Shown here: piece after piece, positions 28,175 to 37,933 of the stretch
Position numbering within the stretch: position 1 is the first letter of the stretch
Layout of the letters: each line of letters opens with the position of its first letter
Assembly: GCA_036504675.1 (NCBI GenBank)
Contig: DASXUT010000147.1
Location: 10,545 to 74,544 of the forward strand
Length of the DNA stretch: 64,000 nucleotides
Reading direction: 5' to 3'
From: Bacillota bacterium
GTDB lineage: Bacteria > Bacillota > Sulfobacillia > JAJYWN01 > JAJZPE01
The notes under the pieces: model-generated
Database searches by the model: none
Seen by the model: only the letters and a program-made list of their open reading frames with translations
What the model was told of the DNA's origin: nothing
Translations under genes and position numbers: made by a program

Positions 28175-29289
28175 TCCTCCGCCCCCGGGGTCAGGTCCGC
28201 CGTGCGAAGCTGGGAGACGAACTCACGGCCGGCCTCCCTCATCCGAAAGGCGAAGCGCAGCCGGGCGTAGTCGGGACCGGTCAGGTAGGTCCGATAGCGT
28301 TGGTAGCCCAGGGCCCGCGCCCATCGCACCAGTTCGCCGAAGGCGGCCCGCTCCACGCCGCCGAAGGACGGGTCCGCTCCCTCGCTCCGCGGCGCGGCCA
28401 GGCAGTAAAAGATGACCTCACCGTCATCGATCTGGTTCTGCCGGAAGGAGACCACGGACGGCCGCGGGAGGCGGCCACCGGGCTCCGGCAGGTCGACCAT
28501 GCTTAGGTCCAGGCGGTGGGCCAGGAACTCGGGATCCGGGTAAGGCTGGCCCGAATAAAGGAACCAGGCTTGCCCGGGGCCGGGGTGGATGCCGGCGATG
28601 ATCGGCCACGTGGCCTCAGCGAAGATGGCCGGCGGGGGCGGGATCAGGGTCGGTCGGCCCTGGCCGTTAAGGCCGTTGACACCGTCGCCGCCCTTGGCGG
28701 CCTTGGGACTGAGCCGTCCCTCGACCGTGACCACCGGGGTCAGTTGGCTGAAGCCGCAGTGCCGGTAGAAGGGAAGGTTGTCCCGGCTGGAGACGACGGT
28801 GACCCGGTAGGCCCCCCGGCGAAGGGCCTCGAGGCAGGCCCGCCGGACCAAGGCCCCGCCGAAGCCCCGGCGGAAGAAGCCTCGTTCGACCTGAAGGACG
28901 CCGATGTGGGCGACGAGGCTGCCGGCTTCGGGCCGCCCGCCCGACGGGGCGCCCGCGGGCCGGGCTTCCCGGTAGAAATAGACCTCGATCTCGCCGCGCA
29001 CGATCCAGCCGCTCCCGCCGGCGGGCCGGCTCCCCCGTTCTTCAATCACCAGGGCCAGGTGTCCCAGGTCGGCCGCGCGCTTGAGGTGCACCCTCAAGTA
29101 GTCCTCGTTCATCCAGGCCCCGCCGTTGAGCCATTGCTCGAAGGGGCTCAGTTCCTCGATGGAGGCCGGGCGGCGCCGGCGCCCCCCGAAACTCCACCAT
29201 TTGCCTTGGGGCAGATCGCTGCGGTAGATCCCGGTGATGACGGCGACGTCATCGTCGGTCGCCGGTCTTATCCGTCGCTCTGCGTTCAT
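28171..29289 (-). CDS. GNAT-family N-acetyltransferase (start uncertain; track ORF runs to GTG at 29475, conserved domain begins near Met63)
   Basis: acetyl-CoA binding motif region HIGVLQVERGFFRRGFGGALVRRACLEALRRGAYRVTV; stop overlaps upstream gene start (GTGA). Confidence 0.6.
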   Translation of the reverse strand: MNAERRIRPATDDDVAVITGIYRSDLPQGKWWSFGGRRRRPASIEELSPFEQWLNGGAWMNEDYLRVHLKRAADLGHLALVIEERGSRPAGGSGWIVRGEIEVYFYREARPAGAPSGGRPEAGSLVAHIGVLQVERGFFRRGFGGALVRRACLEALRRGAYRVTVVSSRDNLPFYRHCGFSQLTPVVTVEGRLSPKAAKGGDGVNGLNGQGRPTLIPPPPAIFAEATWPIIAGIHPGPGQAWFLYSGQPYPDPEFLAHRLDLSMVDLPEPGGRLPRPSVVSFRQNQIDDGEVIFYCLAAPRSEGADPSFGGVERAAFGELVRWARALGYQRYRTYLTGPDYARLRFAFRMREAGREFVSQLRTADLTPGAEE

Positions 29290-29654
29290 ACCGCGGTATT
29301 CAGCCTCTCGACGGGTTTGTCCTGCCATCGGTTCACCTGGGGAAAGGGAAAGCGGGCCGCCATGATGGCGCGCCCGCCAATATCTTCCGGGCTTTTTTAC
29401 GAGCCCGGAGCCAAAAGGACTGGCCACGGTTGAGGCTGGCAAACATCCCCTCGGTGCAGGGTGCCCAACCCTCACGGAGAAGGCCTGTTCAAACCTCGGG
29501 TCGTCCGCGGCCCGCTGTTACCGTCGTGACTATTCTACTTCCCAAGCCTTCAGTCCTTCAAGTCGGAATCCGGCCGTCCGGGTCTTTTTTTCCCTCGCCA
29601 GCCAACGCGTCCCATACCGGCGCCACGACGGCGTTTTCCGGCTCAGGTAAAGGT

Positions 29655-29689
29655 TCCCAAGAAAGTCTCGGGGCCCCTCTCGGAGCCCC
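29655..29689 (-). terminator. probable intrinsic terminator after regulator gene (GGGGCUCC-GAGA-GGGGCCCC hairpin then UUUCUU)
   Basis: read directly from rc of 29659-29689. Confidence 0.45.
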
Positions 29690-29695
29690 GCTCAA

Positions 29696-30322
29696 TCACC
29701 CGGCCTTGACCACGTAGGCGCAACGTTGGCCCCCGTGGGCGATGCACTCTTCGACCTGGACCGCGCCGCCGAGGACCTTCTCGACCAGTTTGCGCTCATA
29801 GTCACAAATGATCGGATGAGCCTGCGCGATCTGGTAGATCCCGCAGTTGAACTCACGGACGATGTAGGAGCCGTCCTCGAGCTTCTGCAACTCGGGCATG
29901 GAGCCCTGGGCCTCGAGGGTCTTGGCGAACTCCTGGACCTTCTGATCGAAAGTCATCCCGGCCAAACGGTCGCCCATCTCCTTGACCATCCGCTGGATCC
30001 GCATCTCCAGGAGCTCTTTCAACCGGTCGGGTCCGAAGAGGTCGACGATGTCGTTGATGAGATTGATCGCGAAGGCCTCATAATGCTTGGGGAAGAGCTC
30101 TTGAGCCGCTTCGGTCAGCGAATAGAGATGGCTGGGACGACCGATGCCCCGCCGGACCTGGCTGGGGGTGACCAGGTCATCGCGCTCGAGGATGGCCAGG
30201 TGCTGCCTGATCCCCATCGGCGTGATCCCCAGGTGCTGGCTCAATTCATCCACGCTTAGGCTGCCCTTTTTCTTTAGTGTGTTGAGAATCTCTCGCCTGG
30301 TGGAGTGTTTCTCGCGTGTCAC
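29696..30322 (-). CDS. winged-helix transcriptional regulator with Cys-rich C-terminal domain (GTG start at 30322 with GAGGGG SD; track ORF begins at TTG 30373)
   Basis: HTH ILNTLKKKGSLSVDELSQHLGITPMGIRQHLAILERDDLV; C-terminal cysteines CGIYQ...CDYE...ECIAHGGQRC. Confidence 0.6.
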   Translation of the reverse strand: MTREKHSTRREILNTLKKKGSLSVDELSQHLGITPMGIRQHLAILERDDLVTPSQVRRGIGRPSHLYSLTEAAQELFPKHYEAFAINLINDIVDLFGPDRLKELLEMRIQRMVKEMGDRLAGMTFDQKVQEFAKTLEAQGSMPELQKLEDGSYIVREFNCGIYQIAQAHPIICDYERKLVEKVLGGAVQVEECIAHGGQRCAYVVKAG

Positions 30323-30377
30323 GGCCGGTCGCCCCTCGCCATTATAAATTGTGTATTCTATCACAAACCCCAAGGTG

Positions 30378-30406
30378 ATTCTACCACACCCTTGAGTTTT
30401 TGTAAA
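30378..30406 (-). promoter_or_regulatory. sigma-A-type promoter of the regulator gene: TTTACA -17- TGgTAGAAT (extended -10), followed by repeated GTGATAGAATACAC / TATAAT boxes
   Basis: rc of 30378-30406 read directly; only AT-rich island in this stretch. Confidence 0.55.
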
Positions 30407-30440
30407 CTTAATACCCTAAAAAGGACGGATTGTTCCAGGG

Positions 30441-30478
30441 AAAAAAGCGACCGGCCCCCGATCGGGCCGATCATTTTT
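30441..30478 (-). terminator. bidirectional intrinsic terminator after nuoN (GAUCGGCCC-loop-GGGCCGGUC hairpin + U6; plus strand also hairpin + T5)
   Basis: read directly. Confidence 0.6.
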
Positions 30479-30523
30479 GCGCTCGGGAAAGGCCGAAACA
30501 CCGGGTCCGGGACGGTCGTGGCC

Positions 30524-31990
30524 TCAGGGGGCCAACCGAATCAGACCGATGAGCCGCAGGAAGGGTTCGGAAAAAACCCCCATGGCCAGCGTGGCCACGG
30601 CCCCGGTGACCAGCACCGCGGCCAGCGGGCCGGGGACCTTGATGGCCTGATCTTCCCTGGGCGGTTCAAGGTACATTTGGCGGACGACCCCGTAATAGTA
30701 ACCGACCGAGATGGCGCTGTTGACGGCCAGCAGGATGGCCAGCCAGAGGAAGCCGCCCTCGACGGCCGAGCTGAAGATAAAGAACTTGGCGAAGAAGCCC
30801 GAGGTGAACGGGATGCCGATGAGGGCGACAAAGAAGACGACCATCGCCGCCGCCGTCGCCGGAGCCCGCTGGCTGAGGCCGGCGTAGTCCTTGACCTTCT
30901 GGCCCACCCCGGCCTGATCGAGGAGGATGATCACCGAGAAGAGGCCGGCGTTGATGAAGACATAGGCCATGACGTAGTAGATGATCGCCGCGATGGACAG
31001 GGGCGAGGCCACAGCCAGGCCGACGGTGATGTACCCGACCTGGGCGATGGACGAGTAGGCCATCATCCGCTTGATGTTCGTCTGGTTCAAAGCCGAGAGG
31101 TTGCCGACGGTCATCGTCGCCGCCGCCAGGATGGCGAACAGGACCGACCAGCGGGGTTGCAGGGCGGCCAAGCCCAGGGGGAAGATCCGGACCAGGGCGG
31201 CCAGGCCGGCACCCTTGGGGCCAATGGAGAAGAAGGCGGTGACCGGCGTCGGGGCGCCTTCGTAAGTGTCGGGGGCCCACATGTGGAAGGGGACCAAGGC
31301 CACCTTGAAGCCGAAGCCGGCGACCAGCATGAAGATGGCGATGACGATCAGCCGGGGGTCGACCGCCGGCCGTACGGCCACCACCTGGCCGCCCTGGTAG
31401 AAGCCGGCCACCTGCTCCAGAGCCTGGCTGATGCCGGACAGGTTGGTCGTCCCGGCCAGGCCGTAGATGAGTGACAGGCCGAACAAGAGGACGGCCGTGG
31501 CCAGCGAGCCGGTGAGGAAGTACTTGATCGCCGCCTCGTTCGACTTGGGGTCGTGACGCAGGTAGCCGGCGAGGACGTAAGAGGTGATCGAGACGAGCTC
31601 GAGGCCGAGCCAGATGACCAAGAGGTCGGTGGACGAGGCCATCAGGATCATCCCGACGATGGCGAACATCAGGAGGACGTAGTACTCACCGGCGGCCACG
31701 TCCTGGCGCTTCATGTAGCCCGAGGAGGCCACCGCGATCAGGGCCCCGACGGCCAGGAAGACGACCTTGAAGAACTGGGTGTAACCGTCGACCGCGAGCA
31801 TTTGGCCGAAGACCAGGGTCACCTGGCCAAGGGCCGGGTAAACGGCGGCGATGGCGGCGGCGAAGCCGATGAAGGCGACCACCGGGCCGAAGCGCGCCGC
31901 CCGCTCCCGGCCGGCCCAGGCCACCGCGAGGAGGAGCCCCAAAGCGACGGCGCTGAGGATCAGCTCGGGCAGGAGGTAGACGTAAGGCAA
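30524..31990 (-). CDS. nuoN: NADH-quinone oxidoreductase subunit N
   Basis: 488 aa antiporter-like subunit. Confidence 0.9.
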   Translation of the reverse strand: MPYVYLLPELILSAVALGLLLAVAWAGRERAARFGPVVAFIGFAAAIAAVYPALGQVTLVFGQMLAVDGYTQFFKVVFLAVGALIAVASSGYMKRQDVAAGEYYVLLMFAIVGMILMASSTDLLVIWLGLELVSITSYVLAGYLRHDPKSNEAAIKYFLTGSLATAVLLFGLSLIYGLAGTTNLSGISQALEQVAGFYQGGQVVAVRPAVDPRLIVIAIFMLVAGFGFKVALVPFHMWAPDTYEGAPTPVTAFFSIGPKGAGLAALVRIFPLGLAALQPRWSVLFAILAAATMTVGNLSALNQTNIKRMMAYSSIAQVGYITVGLAVASPLSIAAIIYYVMAYVFINAGLFSVIILLDQAGVGQKVKDYAGLSQRAPATAAAMVVFFVALIGIPFTSGFFAKFFIFSSAVEGGFLWLAILLAVNSAISVGYYYGVVRQMYLEPPREDQAIKVPGPLAAVLVTGAVATLAMGVFSEPFLRLIGLIRLAP

Positions 31991-31991
31991 G

Positions 31992-33488
31992 TTACATCCC
32001 TCCCAGCCTGGCCACCAACTGGACGAGCGCCGGGTTGATCAGATTGATGAGGATCGCCGGAGCCACGCCGAAGACGACGATGAGGATGGTCAGCGGGACA
32101 AGGGTGATCAGCTCGCGCGGGTTGGCGTCCGGCATCTTGTCGTACTCCGGGCGCTTCTGTCCCATCAGGACCTTGCGCATCATCAGCAGATAGAAGGCGG
32201 CCGTGAAGACCATGCCCAAGGTGGCCAGGACGACCAAGACCTTGAAGATCGGGAAGGCCCCGAGGAGGACGAAGAACTCGGCGACGAAGCCCGACAGGCC
32301 CGGCAGGCCCAGGGAGGCGAAGGCGCCGAAGGCCATGAAGGTGGCCCACACCGGGAAGGTCAGGTAGAGGCCGGAGAGCTTGCCCATGTCGCGAGTATGG
32401 GTCCGGTCGTAGACCACGCCGACCATGAGGAAGAGCATTCCCGACGACAGGCCGTGGGCGAACATCTGGTAGGCCGCGCCGGTGATGGCCATCTGGGCGG
32501 CCGCCGCGTTGCCCGGGCCGGCCGCCATCGCCGCGGCCAGACCGAGCATGACGTAACCCATGTGGTTAATGGACGAGTAGGCGACCATCTTCTTCAGGTC
32601 GGTCTGGGCCATCGCCACGAGGGCTCCGTAAACGATGTTGATCACGCCGAGGACGGCGAAGATCGGCGCCCAGGCCCGGGCGGCGTCCGGCAGGGTCGGC
32701 AGGGCGATCCGGAAGAAGCCGTAGGTGCCCATCTTCAGAAGAACGCCGGCCAGCAGGACGGAGATGGCCGTCGGGGCCTCGACGTGGGCGTCAGGCAGCC
32801 ACGTGTGGAACGGGAAGACCGGGACCTTGACCGCGAAGCCCGCATAGAGAAGCAGGAAGATCCACCACTGCCAGGTCACCGGGTACTTGTGCTGGGCCAG
32901 GGTGACCATGTCGAAGGTCCCCAGCCCGGCCTGGAAGTAGATGGCCAGGATCCCGACCAGCATCAGGACGCTGCCGGCAAGGGTGTAGATGAAGAACTTC
33001 ATCGCCGCGTACTCGCGCCGCGGGCCGCCCCAGATGCCGATGAGGAAGAACATCGGCACCAGGACCAGTTCCCAGAAGACGTAGAAGAGGACGTAGTCGA
33101 GAGCGACGAAGACCCCGAACATGCCGGTGACCAGGAGGAGGAAGAGGACGAAGTACTCCTTGGCCCGATGGGTGATGTTCCACGAGGCCAGGCAGGCCAG
33201 GACGCTCAGGAGGCCGGTCAGGATGAGCAGCGACAGGCTGATCCCATCGACCCCCATCAGGTACTGGATGCCAAGGCTGGGTATCCAGGTGGCCCGCTCG
33301 CCGAACTGCATCCCCGGCTGGCCGTACTTGAACTGGGTCCACAAGTAGGCCACCAGGGCCGCCGAGATGATCGTGGCCACCAGGGCGATCTGCTTGATCG
33401 TCTTCTCCTGGTTCCTCGGGACGAGGGTGATCAGGAGGCTCCCGGCGAGGGGAACGAAAACGATCAGCGTCAGGATGGGCAGGCTCAT
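31992..33488 (-). CDS. nuoM: NADH-quinone oxidoreductase subunit M
   Basis: 498 aa antiporter-like subunit. Confidence 0.9.
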   Translation of the reverse strand: MSLPILTLIVFVPLAGSLLITLVPRNQEKTIKQIALVATIISAALVAYLWTQFKYGQPGMQFGERATWIPSLGIQYLMGVDGISLSLLILTGLLSVLACLASWNITHRAKEYFVLFLLLVTGMFGVFVALDYVLFYVFWELVLVPMFFLIGIWGGPRREYAAMKFFIYTLAGSVLMLVGILAIYFQAGLGTFDMVTLAQHKYPVTWQWWIFLLLYAGFAVKVPVFPFHTWLPDAHVEAPTAISVLLAGVLLKMGTYGFFRIALPTLPDAARAWAPIFAVLGVINIVYGALVAMAQTDLKKMVAYSSINHMGYVMLGLAAAMAAGPGNAAAAQMAITGAAYQMFAHGLSSGMLFLMVGVVYDRTHTRDMGKLSGLYLTFPVWATFMAFGAFASLGLPGLSGFVAEFFVLLGAFPIFKVLVVLATLGMVFTAAFYLLMMRKVLMGQKRPEYDKMPDANPRELITLVPLTILIVVFGVAPAILINLINPALVQLVARLGGM

Positions 33489-33494
33489 ACGACC

Positions 33495-35429
33495 TTATCC
33501 TCCTATCAACTCGTAAATAATGACGCCGATGATGACGGTGACAAAGAAGGTCAGGATGTAGGACTGGACGTACCCGGTCTGCCAGCGGCGGAGGCGCTGC
33601 CCGATCCCGGTGGCCAGGGCGGCCACCCCGTTGACCAATCCGTCCACGGCGACCCGGTCGAACCACCCGGAGACCTGACCGAGGAGGGCGCCGATCCAAC
33701 CGATCAGGTTGACCAGCCCGTCGACGACGTTCTTATCGAACCAGCCGGCGGCGGCCGAGATGGCCTCGGTCAGGCCGACGACGGCGTAGGCGTAGACCTC
33801 GTCGAAGTACATCTTGTTCTTGAGGAAGACGTAGACGGGATGGAGCGCCTTGATCACCTTGCGGCGGTCGATCACCTTGGTCCCGTAGACGACCCAGCCG
33901 ACCAGGATCCCGAAGACGGCGGCCCCAATGGCCATGGCCATCACCCCGGGCACGGCCGCCTCGGCCTCGTGCTCGCCGAAGTGGATGAAGCGGCCGAACC
34001 AGTTGCCGAAGAGCGGCGAGCCGGGGAGGCCGGCGACCAGAGCCAGGACGGCCAGGACGACGAGGGGCCCGGTCATGTTGGCCGGCGACTCGTGGGCGTG
34101 CTCGTACTTGTGGTGGTCGCGCGGCCGGCCGAAGAAGGTCAGGGCGACCGCCCGGGTCATGTAGTAGGCGGTCAGGAAGGCCACCCCGAGGGCCAGCCAG
34201 AAGATGAGCGGGTTAGAGTGCCAGGCAGTCAGGAGGATCTCGTCCTTCGACCAGAAGCCGGCGAAGGGCGGAATCCCGGCCAGGGCCAGGGTACCGAAGA
34301 TGAAGGTCCACGTGGTCGTGGGCATCTTCTTGGCCAGCCCGCCCATCTCGTGCATCTCCTGGGTGTGCATGGCGTGGATGACCGAGCCCGAGCCGAGGAA
34401 GAGCAAAGCCTTGAAGAAGGCGTGGGTGGTCAGGTGGAAGACGCCGGCGGTGTACCCGCCGACCCCCAGCCCCAGCATCATGTAGCCGAGCTGACTGATG
34501 GTCGAGTAGGCGAGGACCTTCTTGAGGTCCGAGGCCAGGGTGGCGATGAGAGCGGCGATGACCGCCGTGATCGTCCCGATCCAGGCCACCACCAGCAGGG
34601 CCTGGGCCGAGGCGGCGAAGATGCCGTAGGCTCTGGCCACCAGGTAGACCCCGGCGGCGACCATCGTCGCCGCGTGGATCAGGGCCGACACCGGGGTCGG
34701 GCCCTCCATCGCGTCGGGCAACCAGACGTGGAGTGGGAACTGGGCCGACTTGCCGACGGCGCCGGAGAAGACGAGGACGGCGGCGATGGTCAGGAGGGTG
34801 CCGGAGATCTTGCCGGCCCCGACGGCCGCGGCCACCTCGGGGAAGCCCATGACCCCGGTGGTCAGGAAGAGGAGAAGGATCCCGAGGAACAGCCCGACGT
34901 CGCCGATGCGGGTGGTGATGAAGGCCTTCATCGAGGCGTAGCGCGGGCCGGGGTTTTCGAACCAGTGGCCGATGAGGAGGTAGGAGGACAGGCCGACGAG
35001 TTCCCAACCGACGTAGAGGAGGAGGAAGTTGTCGGCCAGGACCAGGGTCAGCATGGAGAACGTGAAGAAGGACAGGGTCGCGTAGTACCGCGTGTAGCGG
35101 ACGTCGCCGTGCATGTAGCCGCGGGAGTAGATCTGGACCAGCAGGCTGACGAGGGTCACGACCACCAGCATCAGGGCGGTCAGGTTGTCGACGGCGATAC
35201 CGGTCGGAATCTGGACCCCGCCGATGTCGAGCCAGGTGAAGGTGTACCGGTAGGGGGCCGCTCCGGCGGCCATCTGGGCCAGGATCAGCAGGGACATGAC
35301 GAAGCTGATGGCGATGGCGGCGATGCCGATGAAGTCCCCGCCGTTCTTGAAGCGCCGGCCGAAGAAGATGATGGCCAGGCAGGCCAGGAGGGGTAAGGCC
35401 GCGATCACCCAGGCATAAGGAAGCATCAT
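33495..35429 (-). CDS. nuoL: NADH-quinone oxidoreductase subunit L
   Basis: 644 aa, long C-terminal extension typical of NuoL. Confidence 0.9.
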   Translation of the reverse strand: MMLPYAWVIAALPLLACLAIIFFGRRFKNGGDFIGIAAIAISFVMSLLILAQMAAGAAPYRYTFTWLDIGGVQIPTGIAVDNLTALMLVVVTLVSLLVQIYSRGYMHGDVRYTRYYATLSFFTFSMLTLVLADNFLLLYVGWELVGLSSYLLIGHWFENPGPRYASMKAFITTRIGDVGLFLGILLLFLTTGVMGFPEVAAAVGAGKISGTLLTIAAVLVFSGAVGKSAQFPLHVWLPDAMEGPTPVSALIHAATMVAAGVYLVARAYGIFAASAQALLVVAWIGTITAVIAALIATLASDLKKVLAYSTISQLGYMMLGLGVGGYTAGVFHLTTHAFFKALLFLGSGSVIHAMHTQEMHEMGGLAKKMPTTTWTFIFGTLALAGIPPFAGFWSKDEILLTAWHSNPLIFWLALGVAFLTAYYMTRAVALTFFGRPRDHHKYEHAHESPANMTGPLVVLAVLALVAGLPGSPLFGNWFGRFIHFGEHEAEAAVPGVMAMAIGAAVFGILVGWVVYGTKVIDRRKVIKALHPVYVFLKNKMYFDEVYAYAVVGLTEAISAAAGWFDKNVVDGLVNLIGWIGALLGQVSGWFDRVAVDGLVNGVAALATGIGQRLRRWQTGYVQSYILTFFVTVIIGVIIYELIGG

Positions 35430-35450
35430 CTCACCCTTCTCCCCTTCTCC

Positions 35451-35783
35451 CTACCATTTCAGGAGGTTGATCTTATCGAGGTCGATGACGTTGCGGCGAC
35501 GGACGACTTCGAGGACAATGGCCAGGCCGACGGCGGTCTCAGCGGCGGCGACGGTCATGATGAAAATGGCGAAGATCTGACCCCCGACGTAGCCGCGGTT
35601 GAGGTACTGGTTGAAGGCCACCAGGTTGATGTTGACCGCGTTGAGCATGAGCTCGATGCACATCAGGACCCGCACGGCGTTGGTCCGCAGGAGAGCCCCA
35701 TAGAGCCCGAGCCCGAAGAGGAGGGCGCCGAGGATGAGGAAATAGGACAGCGGGATCATGCCGACGGCGGCGACCGCGTTCAT
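35451..35783 (-). CDS. nuoK: NADH-quinone oxidoreductase subunit K (start at internal Met81 of track ORF, CCAAGGAGG SD)
   Basis: [29 protein letters not shown]...; upstream part of track ORF overlaps nuoJ in another frame. Confidence 0.85.
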   Translation of the reverse strand: MNAVAAVGMIPLSYFLILGALLFGLGLYGALLRTNAVRVLMCIELMLNAVNINLVAFNQYLNRGYVGGQIFAIFIMTVAAAETAVGLAIVLEVVRRRNVIDLDKINLLKW

Positions 35784-36364
35784 GACTTGTCCTCCTTGGC
35801 CGTCAGGACGATGGCCCCGATTAGCGCGACGAGCAAGATGATGGACGCGACTTCGAACGGCACGGCGTAGGTCGAGAACAACTCGGCCCCAATGGCCGTA
35901 AGGTTTGGTACCGTCCCGACCCGGTCGGTCTGGAGCAGGCGCACCGTCCAGGTGGCCCGGGCGTAGACGACGAACATGGCCAGGGCGAAGACCAGGGCGG
36001 ACGCCAGCGGCAGCAGCCCCCACTGGCTGGAGACCAGCTTAAGCCACAGACGCCGGACGAAGGGCGGACGCCCTTCCTCGCCGAACCTGATCTCCCCGAC
36101 CTGCGACATCATGATGGCAAAGATGATCATCACGGTGATCGCCCCGGCGTAGACCAGCACCTGAACGACGGCCAGGAACTCGGCCCCGAGGAGGAGGAAG
36201 AGGCCGGCGATGGCCACGAAGGCCAGGGCCAGGAAGAAGGCGGCGTGGGTGATCAACCGGCTGGTGACCACCTCGTAGGCGGCGACCAGGGTGATCAGGG
36301 CCAGCAGGCCGAAGGTCGCGGTGTAGAGGTTGAAGACGATCGGGATGTCAAACCCGAGGTTCAA
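35780..36364 (-). CDS. nuoJ: NADH-quinone oxidoreductase subunit J
   Basis: 194 aa, 5 TM. Confidence 0.85.
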   Translation of the reverse strand: MNLGFDIPIVFNLYTATFGLLALITLVAAYEVVTSRLITHAAFFLALAFVAIAGLFLLLGAEFLAVVQVLVYAGAITVMIIFAIMMSQVGEIRFGEEGRPPFVRRLWLKLVSSQWGLLPLASALVFALAMFVVYARATWTVRLLQTDRVGTVPNLTAIGAELFSTYAVPFEVASIILLVALIGAIVLTAKEDKS

Positions 36365-36882
36365 GCGGGCTCACCCCCTGTGGTCGGCGTCCCGGCCTTG
36401 GCCGCCGGCTTCGGGTCCGGCTCCTTGTAGAACGGGTTGCCGTGCTTGTATGGCCGCCCGAACTCAAGCAGCCGGTCTTTGTGATAGACCAGCCGGTCGG
36501 GGTCATAGTCGGCCAGCTCGAAGTCCTTGGCCATGACCAGTGAGTCGAAGGGGCAGGCCTCGACGCACAGGTTGCAGACCATGCAGCGGCTGGCCTCCAG
36601 GGAGTAGTCCTTGAGGATCCGCTTCTTGTCCGGCCCGAGCTCGGAGTCGATCTTGATCACCCCGAGGGGGCAGGTCCGGGCGCAGATGCCGCAGGCCGTG
36701 CAGCGCGCCTTGCCGCCCTCATCGCTGAGGAGGGCCGGGATGCCCCGATAGCCCGTCGGCAGGACCGGCCGCTCATCGGGGTACTGCAGGGTGACCGGGC
36801 GCCTGGCGGCGTTGATGGCCGTCACCTTCATCCCCTTGAGCAAGCTGACCGCCGACCTGTAGATGTCCTTCAGTGAATCCAT
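36361..36882 (-). CDS. nuoI: NADH-quinone oxidoreductase subunit I (2x[4Fe-4S])
   Basis: CTACGICARTCP and CMVCNLCVEACP ferredoxin motifs. Confidence 0.9.
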   Translation of the reverse strand: MDSLKDIYRSAVSLLKGMKVTAINAARRPVTLQYPDERPVLPTGYRGIPALLSDEGGKARCTACGICARTCPLGVIKIDSELGPDKKRILKDYSLEASRCMVCNLCVEACPFDSLVMAKDFELADYDPDRLVYHKDRLLEFGRPYKHGNPFYKEPDPKPAAKAGTPTTGGEPA

Positions 36883-36916
36883 TTAGGCCTCACCTTTGAT
36901 TGGGGTTGACTGCGGG

Positions 36917-37933
36917 TCAGACGACCAGGAGCACCAGCCCGGTCAGGGCGATGTTGGCCAGGGACAGCGGGATGAGAAACTTCCAGCCGACGTCCATCAG
37001 CTGGTCGATGCGGATCCGCGGCATGGTCCATTTGATCCACATGATCAGGATGACGAAGAAATAGGTCTTCAGGATGAACCAGACGATCCCGGGCAGGAAC
37101 GGCCCGCTCCAGCCGCCGAGGAAGACGGTGGCGGCGATGGCCGAAGCGGCCAGCAGGTTGGCGTACTCCCCCAGGAAGAAGAAGGCCCAACGCAGGCCGG
37201 AGTACTCGGTGTTGAAGCCGGCGACCAGTTCCGACTCGGCCTCGGTCAGGTCGAAGGGGGTCCGGTTCAGCTCGGCCATGGTCGAGATGAGAAAGATGAT
37301 GAAGCCGAGCGGCTGGAGGAAGATGAACCACACCCGGTGCTGAGCGGCGACGATTCCCTGAAGGGACAGGCTGCCGGCGATCATAGCCACCCCGACCAGC
37401 GACAGGACGGCCGGGACCTCGTAGCTGATAAGTTGGGCGGCGGCGCGCATCGCCCCATAGAGAGACCACTTGTTGTTCGAGCCCCAGCCGCTCATGAAGA
37501 TCCCCAGGATGGCCAGGGAGCTGACGGCGGCCACGTAGATCAGGGCGACGTTGATATCCGAGACGATCCAGTTCTGGCTGAAAGGGATGACCACCCAGAC
37601 CATCAGGGCCGGGGTGAAGACCACGGCGGGAGCCAGGACCCACAGCCAGCGGTCGACCCCCCGCGGGATGATGTCCTCCTTGACCAGAAGCTTGATCGTG
37701 TCGGCGATGGTCTGAGCCCAGCCGTGCGGCCGCCCGACCCGCATCGGCCCGAGTCGCGACTGGATCTTGCCGGAGAGCTTACGCTCGAGCCAGATCAGGA
37801 TCAGGACGTTGAGGACGATGAACCCGAAGACCGCCAGGACCTTGAGGAGACCGGCGACGGGAACGAGGATGATCGGCGGCAGCGCGTAGTACCAATCGAC
37901 GAAGGCGCTCCAGGCGCCGCTGACGGCGGCCAT
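36917..37933 (-). CDS. nuoH: NADH-quinone oxidoreductase subunit H (start at Met94 of track ORF; 1-nt overlap with nuoD stop)
   Basis: MAAVSGAWSAFVDWYYALPPIIL... NuoH N-terminus; upstream track extension overlaps nuoD. Confidence 0.85.
   Translation of the reverse strand: MAAVSGAWSAFVDWYYALPPIILVPVAGLLKVLAVFGFIVLNVLILIWLERKLSGKIQSRLGPMRVGRPHGWAQTIADTIKLLVKEDIIPRGVDRWLWVLAPAVVFTPALMVWVVIPFSQNWIVSDINVALIYVAAVSSLAILGIFMSGWGSNNKWSLYGAMRAAAQLISYEVPAVLSLVGVAMIAGSLSLQGIVAAQHRVWFIFLQPLGFIIFLISTMAELNRTPFDLTEAESELVAGFNTEYSGLRWAFFFLGEYANLLAASAIAATVFLGGWSGPFLPGIVWFILKTYFFVILIMWIKWTMPRIRIDQLMDVGWKFLIPLSLANIALTGLVLLVV

Noticed and set aside
27146-28270. 374-aa plus-strand ORF and the 68-aa ORF 27217..27423 overlapping the riboswitch region
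   Set aside because: Antisense to the endonuclease III-like gene and to the riboswitch; no codon bias; 68-aa ORF ends inside the terminator hairpin
29389-29410. CCGGGCT-TTTTTACG-AGCCCGG hairpin with T-run
   Set aside because: T-run is inside the loop, not after the stem; lies within the possible N-terminal extension or 5' UTR of the GNAT gene; not a credible terminator
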